Below, one piece after another: positions 47,301 to 53,590 of a stretch of 64,000 nucleotides of DNA. The DNA comes from an uncultured Lachnospiraceae bacterium (GTDB lineage: Bacteria; Bacillota; Clostridia; Lachnospirales; Lachnospiraceae): NCBI GenBank assembly GCA_934293375.1, contig CAKQYS010000003.1:70441-134440 (forward strand). The letters are read 5' to 3'. The notes beneath the pieces were generated by a model. It was given only the letters and a program-made list of their open reading frames with translations. It did not search any database and was not told where the DNA came from. How positions within the stretch are numbered: the first letter of the stretch is position 1; the number at the start of each line of letters is the position of its first letter. The position numbers and the translations under genes are program-made.

Positions 47301-48707
47301 GCACTCAATAAGCTGTCTGTCTATGCTGCGAAATTGTCAACGGATGGTGCGCTGTTATCAAATCAGTTAGAGCAGAAGCGAAGTGTGCTGCATCATTTGG
47401 AAGGAAACATTGAACAGTCAGTAAAACAGCTCGAGGAGAAGCACGGAAGCTATACACCGGTTACAGTATCCAGGGAAGAGATTGCACAGGCGATCAGTGA
47501 AGGTGATAAAGTGTTAAAGCGTATTGACCAGGAATACCGGGAAATGGTCAAAGCATACGAACGCAGTGTGAAACAGCATAATAGTATGGTAGAGCTTTAT
47601 AAGGATGTAACCCGAATCATGAAGGTGAATGAGATTTCGCCGAAGGATGCGGTTGTGATTCATGAATCAGAAGACAGAATGCGGAGCCTTTTCGAGGAAA
47701 GCCTGTTGGCATATGACAAGAGTGAGAAAGCGTTAGAGCGCGCGAAGGCGGAGCTTCTTAAGTATAAGTCACATACTGCAGAGACATTGTATAGTATGCA
47801 GGCATTTGAGCTGTCAGAGACAATCGGAAGAGATGTGTCAGTGCCGGAGGATTACGCATCTGCAACGCTTCTGTTGGATAATCTTAAGACAATGATTTCC
47901 TTTATTGAGCTGGAGAAGGATCGTGTAGCGAAGGGCATCTCAGATATGGAATTTATCAAGCATAACTTTGAAAATCAGTGTATCCAGAGATGTAAAGATG
48001 TGAAGACCGAACTGGATAAGCTGCCGGGACTGTCAAGAATTACATTAAATGGTGAGCCGGTGCAAATGGTTGGCCTTACGATTCCATATGTCAAGGAAGA
48101 GTTCATGAAGCAGAAAATGAGTGATTATATAGATGATGTGGTTGCAGGCGCAGATCAGTATGATGATGCGAAAGACCGTATGAAATATATACGGAGCAGG
48201 CTGGTTTTAAAGAAGTTGTTTGGCGTGATCGTTACGGATATGAACGCAGTCAGACTGACTTTGTATAAGCGTGAGCGTATTAAGGAACAGAGCAGATATC
48301 TGCGTTATGAGGAAGCGGTTGGAAGTACCGGACAGTCACAGGGTATTTATATTCAGTTCTTGATCTCCATCATCAATTATATTTCCGGTATGTACGGATC
48401 TAATGTGGAAAATGACAAGAGAACTAAGACAATATTCATTGACAATCCATTTGGTGCAGCGAAAGATATCTATATCTGGGAGCCGATCTTTGCACTTCTG
48501 AAGGCTAATCGTGTACAGCTGATCGTGCCGGCAAGAGGAGCGACACCGGCTATTACGGCACAGTTTGATGTAAATTATACACTGGGGCAGCAGCTGGTTG
48601 GAAAGAAGCAGCAGACGGTTGTTGTAGATTACAGAAGCCAGACTGAGCAGCAGGAGATTGAATACAAAGAATTGGATTACGAGCAGGCAAGCTTTGACTT
48701 CATATAG
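44301..48707 (+). CDS. MukB/MksB/JetC-like SMC-family ATPase, 1468 aa
   Basis: N-terminal P-loop LANGGGKS (aa 37-44). Two long E/K/Q/L-rich coiled-coil stretches flank a compact segment around aa 675-745. The C-terminal head has GSTGQSQG (aa 1341-1348) and TIFIDNPFG (aa 1377-1385). Confidence 0.6.
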   Translation: MPSINRIRVNNVKYNFGTQQYDDFVMRMYGRNTLYDLANGGGKSVLMLLLLQNLIPNCTLDEKQPIEKLFRNGGGNTVIHSLIEWKLDDEENGEGYRYMTTGFCARKAKDQAEGQETARKDTASIEYFNYCIRYREYNRNDIVNLPLSQNGEHISFTGLRNYLKDLSRKDLNLDIQVFDRKGEYQRYISQYGLYESHWEIIRGINKTEGHVRTYFESNYRTARKVVEDLLIEEIIEKAYLVKTEQNEDSQDMAKNLLDIKDKLMELTKKKRDIANYDRQTELIHVLEGRVTSFLNLFEQRDKMKQTIANVYVTGKAVTEEDEIKLAGFEKQKEDKLKEKEKKLKELEALKIREMEYEKDALMDGIEELLRLVGENKSEYQETLNELKWKESMNDYMDYKRDAAAVRENESVLRAAQTDSRTDVSKLRQLAYVRKCMNDEQDAVDQKTIQTERVRQEQLGERYKTESEQLSEAQISLSVAENDVKRCKEEARELLSTISQLKSNTSILMLADAEELIISNEQAIAACKKTIEDAESRKKTHTKTYYDQLHEADRLELGLSSAKADLKVRQEQMDRYLDNADRIQNMLRIYNVPEQKELLSAINKRCMQCIVDVTNKQDTLKQLVRRRADLAEDRIIGETAAVAKVKEYIETRHNESAVSGMDYLAARDTAQREQLLEGYPLLPYGVVVKNFDFLSTDDAIYELQLGDYAVPVFSEALLYNPMGRNYDDSVMFISKGKMHFTDETLLKKAREQLENEIKECEESIRRLTEMGLTYEEDMEYISSLGASVSIQTMDAVNEKKAEVVALEKKQNAYKDGCHDLLLAIEQDEQAVQTARQELDKLLQTEKNLVAVKVVSDRIVKLDQEKQDREADVKRLMQTIAALKKRVEESGMEYDDVTGRIETLEQTVNARRQEWQKLYADYYVDGSYEMLLMSDEELNAAFKAAKAVYERENIVLADKKQLIETLHQSMKRLQRSIERRDISMEQLAQMDEDHKLYTIGEQALNKLSVYAAKLSTDGALLSNQLEQKRSVLHHLEGNIEQSVKQLEEKHGSYTPVTVSREEIAQAISEGDKVLKRIDQEYREMVKAYERSVKQHNSMVELYKDVTRIMKVNEISPKDAVVIHESEDRMRSLFEESLLAYDKSEKALERAKAELLKYKSHTAETLYSMQAFELSETIGRDVSVPEDYASATLLLDNLKTMISFIELEKDRVAKGISDMEFIKHNFENQCIQRCKDVKTELDKLPGLSRITLNGEPVQMVGLTIPYVKEEFMKQKMSDYIDDVVAGADQYDDAKDRMKYIRSRLVLKKLFGVIVTDMNAVRLTLYKRERIKEQSRYLRYEEAVGSTGQSQGIYIQFLISIINYISGMYGSNVENDKRTKTIFIDNPFGAAKDIYIWEPIFALLKANRVQLIVPARGATPAITAQFDVNYTLGQQLVGKKQQTVVVDYRSQTEQQEIEYKELDYEQASFDFI

Positions 48708-48725
48708 AATCCATTGGATTCTATA
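48703..48725. terminator. Perfect palindrome containing the stop codons of both convergent genes
   Basis: TATAGAATCCA-T-TGGATTCTATA. The TAG of the SMC-like gene (48705-48707) and the TAG of the asparaginase gene (complement of 48721-48723) both lie inside it. Confidence 0.5.
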
Positions 48726-49713
48726 GAAGTCCGAGCACAAGCTGCATATAGGCATCTGCCGGTGTCATGACCGGGAGTAATGTCAGATGAAGAGAGGTGT
48801 AAGCCTGTGTACTTGCGTAAGGTGTGCAGGCGGGGTCAGTGCCAAGCACATAGACCGGCACCTCTTTTTTGTGTGCAGATATGGCAAAATCACGAAACGC
48901 TGAGTCCTTTGTCGGCAGTGTACCAGAGTGATAAGTGAGTAGTAGTATGGCTCGGATATCGTCTGTGACGGGAGGGTAATACATGCCGGGCATGACAGTC
49001 AGTACCAGTATATCCGGCTGGCGGGGCTGCAGCAGTGATATGTTTTCGGATACGGCATTTGTCTCAGAATGGTATGCCAAAGACTGTTCTGTCTGTTCGT
49101 AATACGGTTGTCCGTCCCGCTTTTTTGGAAGAATACGGCAGACATATTGCCCGTGCAGACTGGAAACCGTATCTTCATATAGCGTATGAGGCATCAGACT
49201 GTTTGCGTGGTAAATGTACACCGGTGCAATGCTGTCGTCTGACATGTTGTTCTGATAAGATACATATACGCCAGTTTGCGGCATATGGCGGACGAAAGCG
49301 ACTGCTGATGCAAAATTTGCAAAACCATTAGAACGGGGATCATCCAGAACATAATTAGCAGAGACCATCACGATAGGCAAGCTGGAAACCGGACATAGAC
49401 GGCAGAGGGCCGCAGCGGTATAGTGCAGGGTGTCGGTGCCGTGCGTGATCAGGATGGCATCGTAATGCCTGTCTTCAGCCAAATGCTGGCGGATACATTG
49501 ATATAGAGTGAGGATGTGAGACATATTCAGTTCTTCACTCAGAATGACATAGGGGGAGTCGGTAGTAAATACCACAGGTTCAAGATCAAATGCAGATTCA
49601 TAATCTGTATATGCCGATAAAAGCTGGCTGCATTGTGCCGGATCGGTATTGATGAATCCATTTTGCGTAGTGGATCCAATTGTACCACCGGTATAGATCA
49701 ATAAAATCTTCAT
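48721..49713 (-). CDS. L-asparaginase (type I-like)
   Basis: N-terminal LLIYTGGTIGS and ITHGTDTL motifs. 330 aa. Confidence 0.8.
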   Translation of the reverse strand: MKILLIYTGGTIGSTTQNGFINTDPAQCSQLLSAYTDYESAFDLEPVVFTTDSPYVILSEELNMSHILTLYQCIRQHLAEDRHYDAILITHGTDTLHYTAAALCRLCPVSSLPIVMVSANYVLDDPRSNGFANFASAVAFVRHMPQTGVYVSYQNNMSDDSIAPVYIYHANSLMPHTLYEDTVSSLHGQYVCRILPKKRDGQPYYEQTEQSLAYHSETNAVSENISLLQPRQPDILVLTVMPGMYYPPVTDDIRAILLLTYHSGTLPTKDSAFRDFAISAHKKEVPVYVLGTDPACTPYASTQAYTSLHLTLLPVMTPADAYMQLVLGLL

Positions 49714-49825
49714 GGAATGTCTCCTTTTTCTGATTGCAAATTTTATAAACTAATGATACCCTATTGTACAATAAATTATAAAACACTGCCATAGAGATTT
49801 ATGGCGGATCAATGGAGGGTATAAA

Positions 49826-50056
49826 ATGGGAATTAATCCAATGAAATTAATGCAGCTTCAAAATGTATGGAAGGGATTTGTGACCAGACATCCAAAGCTT
49901 CCGATGTTCTTTCAGGCTGTTGGGAATCAGGCACTTTTAGAAGGTACGGTTATGGAGATCAAGGTGATCAAACCGGATGGATCGGAAATGAAGGCTAATC
50001 TTCGTCTTTCACAGGAAGATCTGGAAGCGATTGAACAGGTGAAGTCTGCTTTTTAG
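49826..50056 (+). CDS. Small hypothetical protein (76 aa)
   Basis: GGAGGG RBS 7 nt upstream of the ATG. The composition is balanced and globular-looking. Its 3' end overlaps the convergent LytTR gene by 62 nt. Confidence 0.55.
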   Translation: MGINPMKLMQLQNVWKGFVTRHPKLPMFFQAVGNQALLEGTVMEIKVIKPDGSEMKANLRLSQEDLEAIEQVKSAF

Positions 50057-50849
50057 ACAGAATCGCTACATCTGGCTGCGCAACCTGCATGACCTTTGGT
50101 TGTGGAACATAGGATGGCAGACTGTTTTCAAGTGGATGCATTTTGAACTGGAATAGGACGGCTTTATAGTATGTCCTGCTGATAGATAGTTTGTATGGAC
50201 CGGCATAAATAGTTTCCCGGGCGATGTGATCTACATGATTCCAGTTAACAAGGCAACCTTGGTGAATCTGAACAAACTGCTTGGGATTTAATTGATGTCT
50301 TAATGACCGGATGGTGTCGTATATATGATAGCAGGAGTTTTTTGTGTATATGTATAGTTTGTTTCGGTATTTTTCAAAATAATAGATATCGCGGGTAAGA
50401 ATGTAGAATGGATTGCCGTCCTGTCTGACCATGATGGAATTGGTAGTATTTGGAACAGACATTTTCGCAAACAAATAGGGCAGCAGACGATTTAATAATT
50501 CAGACAGATCTTCGTAGCATACGGGTGTCAGTAAAAATCCACTGGCTTCATTACGGAAAGCTTCATAGGCACGATCGGTATCCTGACTGGTCAGGATCAT
50601 GGGTATGGACAACTTCAACCGATAAAGCTGATCCGAAAAAGAACAGATGTTGCAGGCTGGCATATCCATTGATACTATGCATAGGACAAAGGCTTCTTTC
50701 ATGACTGCGTCAAGAAATTCAGTTGCCTGGTTGAAAATTTTAAAAGTAAAAGAAACGCCTGCAAGTCGTGCATAGGTATTCAGATGGGTACTAAGTTGTT
50801 CGCAGCTTGCAGTATTGTCATCGATAATTGCCAGATTATAGTGTAACAT
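49995..50849 (-). CDS. Orphan LytTR-family response regulator
   Basis: Receiver domain (AIIDDN ... VSMDMP ... ILTSQ) plus a LytTR DNA-binding domain (FYILTRDIYYFEKYRNKLYIYT ... FVQIHQGCLVNWNHV). AAGGAGG RBS before ATG 50849. Confidence 0.8.
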   Translation of the reverse strand: MLHYNLAIIDDNTASCEQLSTHLNTYARLAGVSFTFKIFNQATEFLDAVMKEAFVLCIVSMDMPACNICSFSDQLYRLKLSIPMILTSQDTDRAYEAFRNEASGFLLTPVCYEDLSELLNRLLPYLFAKMSVPNTTNSIMVRQDGNPFYILTRDIYYFEKYRNKLYIYTKNSCYHIYDTIRSLRHQLNPKQFVQIHQGCLVNWNHVDHIARETIYAGPYKLSISRTYYKAVLFQFKMHPLENSLPSYVPQPKVMQVAQPDVAILSKKQTSPVQSLPDLPVKDED

Positions 50850-50878
50850 GGGATTCCTCCTTATAACAGTAATAAGAA

Positions 50879-51094
50879 TAGACAATTGCGAAACTCCTTG
50901 AAGTTGTTGATGTTATGTGCATATTGCACAATGTATCACAGGCACGCTCTCGCTACTTCATCACGCAGCGGTGCTAAACTCAGTCAATGCGGTAGCTTGA
51001 CTTCGTTAAGAACCGGCGTTCTTCAAGTACCTGCTTATACATCATGCAATATGCACATAGTCGCAATCGTAATTGAGAGTTTCGCAATTATCTA
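50879..51094. repeat. Copy B of the same approximately 215-bp palindromic element, in the same orientation as copy A
   Basis: Aligns end to end with copy A, with 7 substitutions and one 1-nt indel. It has the same terminal inverted repeats and flanking TA. Confidence 0.85.
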
Positions 51095-51155
51095 GTAATA
51101 AGAAGATTGTATCGTAAAGAATTAAAAACGCAACAAATATGGGATAAATGGAATC

Positions 51156-51196
51156 CAAAAAGGATGTGCAACATTTTTGTTGCACATCCTTTTTTA
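51156..51196. terminator. Bidirectional intrinsic terminator downstream of mecA
   Basis: AAAA-AGGATGTGCAACA-TTTT-TGTTGCACATCCT-TTTTT. Confidence 0.8.
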
Positions 51197-51288
51197 TTCT
51201 TGCATATCCAATTTGTCCCATCTATCCCGAAAAAGGTTCGGATGTCCCATCTCTATTGCAAAACAGAGCCCATTGAGGCATGATAGAT

Positions 51289-52092
51289 TTACAGCTTGGA
51301 CAATGACTGCAGGGCGTTATGCCCAAGAAGCAGTCTGTAGTGTTCCTGTATATAACTTGGGGCTGCATAGGAGCTCTTGACAATAGTTCCATATTCGCCC
51401 AGTATGTTGCATACACGATTGAATACAGTGGATTGGGTTGTGTTCATGACGATCAGATAGTACAGATTGTCATGGGGATTCTTATATAGGCTGTTGGTAT
51501 CGTTGTATAATGTTTCAAGCAGCTCAGCAACCATGCTGACCTCAGTCAGATCATGGAATCTGTATATCCGGCAGGTGTCAGCCGGGAGTGTTCCGGAAGC
51601 GGTATCCTGCTGCTTAAATGTCTGACCTGCTATGGCATTTCGCTTGGACTTGTGTGCCGGTGTGCCGGATGCATCTGTCTCATCTGTATCAAGAGTTTCC
51701 TCGTGGAGGATTTCTCGCAGATTGTCCAAAATGGCAGATGTGCCGTCAATATATTCTTCAATATCGGACAAGTATTCCGTGTCATCGTCTTCATCAGTTT
51801 CTATTTCATGTGTGAAACTGGAGAACCGTGCATCAAACTCTTCCGGATCCTCGACTTTTGTAATGTTCAGGATCAGACAGTCGGCAGATACCGGGATCGC
51901 CTCGACCATGAGTGGAATGTTGTCGGCTTCAAAGCCAAGCTCAGCGGATGCTTTCTGCATCATCTCGCTGAACAGCTCCTTTGCCTTATCTGTACCGTAT
52001 GCAAGCTCGTTGAGCAGCAGATGCTTGTCTGCTAAATCTGCTTTGTTTAAGGTGCAACGGATTTTATTTTCACTAATACGTTCAAGCTTCAT
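51289..52092 (-). CDS. mecA: Adaptor protein MecA
   Basis: The N-terminus MKLERISENKIRCTLNKADLADKHL...ELAYGTDKAKELFSEMMQKA is typical of MecA. An acidic linker and a C-terminal domain follow. Confidence 0.85.
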   Translation of the reverse strand: MKLERISENKIRCTLNKADLADKHLLLNELAYGTDKAKELFSEMMQKASAELGFEADNIPLMVEAIPVSADCLILNITKVEDPEEFDARFSSFTHEIETDEDDDTEYLSDIEEYIDGTSAILDNLREILHEETLDTDETDASGTPAHKSKRNAIAGQTFKQQDTASGTLPADTCRIYRFHDLTEVSMVAELLETLYNDTNSLYKNPHDNLYYLIVMNTTQSTVFNRVCNILGEYGTIVKSSYAAPSYIQEHYRLLLGHNALQSLSKL

Positions 52093-52571
52093 AGGATCAT
52101 CTCCTTACTAATCATGTTCTGGCCTATAACACAGAACGCTGCACAACCAAGATGTATTCTATATTCACAGTCTAGTTTATCACAAAAATAGAACATGTAA
52201 AGCCAAAACTGAGAAAGTTAATAATTTTTTCGTTTCAAACCGACTCCGTAGGACAAATATGGACCGGTTACGGTCTCCCCGCCGGGTTTCCGATTCATAT
52301 TCAGCTGGAATGAAAAGTTATTATAAATGTGGAATGTTGATTCCACCGTAATGCACAAGAATGTTTACACATCACATCGTACATTTGTATGGCATTACAC
52401 AAATAAATTGAATGGGAGGTGATAGCCAGTACATAAGATATTGTTTCTTTATTGTCAATGCATGAGAGATCATGCAAAATAAGAATCCGCAATCAGGGAT
52501 CCGAAACGACAACTCAAAAAGATTGCCGGTTTCTTATCATCAAGCTATTACAAATGTGCTGACATGCACAT

Positions 52572-52599
52572 GGAGTCTGCTTTGGCAGACTCCTTTTTG
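52572..52599 (+). terminator. Orphan plus-strand intrinsic terminator in the mecA/amidase intergenic region
   Basis: GGAGTCTGC-TTTG-GCAGACTCC followed by TTTTT. No annotated plus-strand gene lies upstream. Confidence 0.6.
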
Positions 52600-52658
52600 T
52601 ATGCAGCGAGCCGGGCAGACGGGTGCACCCGATCCCTATTATATAGGATATGAGAATG

Positions 52659-53393
52659 TCATGAAATTATGATATGAGAATGCTGGAAGATTATTTTGCG
52701 ATCATATAATGATTGCGTTTGTACATACTGATTGATACCGGTTGTAATTGCAAGTGCTAGTTTTTCCTGATATTGATCATCGGACAACAGGAGTGCTTCA
52801 TCAGCATTCGACAAAAAACCACATTCGACAATGATGACAGGACAGGTGCTGTTTTTCATAATGTAGTAAGAATCGTTGGATTTGGCCTGTCTGCGGTTAT
52901 CCGGATCCGCCAGTGATATCAGAGCTGCCTGCAGTATGCCGGCAAGTTCCTGCCCGGTATCAGATCCGGCATAGTAAAAACATTGAGCGCCGTGTATAGA
53001 ATTGTCCGGGTAACTGTTCTGATGGATGCTGATAACAAAATCCGCCTCGGATTCCTGCATCATCTGTACTCTGCGGCTCAGATCAGAGGTCTTTTTGTTG
53101 GGGACCTGAGGATCTGACAGCATGCAGTCTGTTTCTCTGGACATTACAACATGGTAACCATTTGCTTTGAGACATGCAGCCAGTTTGCGTGAAATCGACA
53201 GATTGATATCCTTTTCAAGTTCTCCGTTGATGCCGATCTTACCCGGATCATCACCACCGTGACCGGGATCGATCAGGATCGTAATGATATGTTTGCTGCT
53301 TGTGGTCTGTGTGTTCCAATAAGCAGTGAATGCACCGCAGAGTATAATGGTTCCTATTACAATATAAATAATCCCTGAACGCTTACCGGACAT
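52659..53393 (-). CDS. N-acetylmuramoyl-L-alanine amidase (Amidase_3, CwlD-like)
   Basis: N-terminal TM anchor, IDPGHGGDDPG, and the ISIHQNS and VECGFLSN motifs. Confidence 0.8.
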   Translation of the reverse strand: MSGKRSGIIYIVIGTIILCGAFTAYWNTQTTSSKHIITILIDPGHGGDDPGKIGINGELEKDINLSISRKLAACLKANGYHVVMSRETDCMLSDPQVPNKKTSDLSRRVQMMQESEADFVISIHQNSYPDNSIHGAQCFYYAGSDTGQELAGILQAALISLADPDNRRQAKSNDSYYIMKNSTCPVIIVECGFLSNADEALLLSDDQYQEKLALAITTGINQYVQTQSLYDRKIIFQHSHIIIS

Positions 53394-53590
53394 AAACACC
53401 TCTATCAATGATGCCATTATTCTTCAGTATATGAAATGAGAGAGTAATTTATGCGATAAAAATAAAAACAGAAAATATATGCATTCTTGCCCGGAGAGGG
53501 GGTCCATGATATAATAAACGGAAAAGTAATTGCGTGATGCAGACAAGGGGAATATACCTGATCACTGCAGACAGGAAGAAGGATAAAATA

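Noticed and set aside
48721-49713. Considered whether the gene after the SMC-like triplet could be the missing JetD/MksG-type fourth component.
   Set aside because: It is on the opposite strand and has clear L-asparaginase motifs (TGGTIGS, HGTDT). No Toprim-like features are present.
34610-51094. Composite transposon or genomic island delimited by the two repeat copies.
   Set aside because: No transposase, integrase or tRNA target is visible. The segment contains core-looking genes (greA, maf, pncAB). It is kept only as a low-interest recombination hypothesis, not as a mobile element call.
50886-51095. 69-aa ORF (MRNSLKLLMLCAYCTMYHRHALATSS...) predicted inside palindromic element copy B.
   Set aside because: It lies entirely within the hairpin repeat. 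The same frame in copy A (34612-34824) is interrupted by a TGA because of a 1-nt indel. It has no RBS. It is most likely a translation artefact of a non-coding repeat.
51553-52111. 160-aa and 159-aa plus-strand ORFs opposite mecA.
   Set aside because: The MecA frame on the minus strand has the characteristic N-terminal sequence. The plus-strand ORFs are Cys/Ser-rich shadows.
52472-52672. 66-aa plus-strand ORF in the mecA/amidase intergenic region.
   Set aside because: It reads straight through an intrinsic terminator hairpin, has no RBS and has an implausible composition. The region is treated instead as a candidate non-coding RNA locus.
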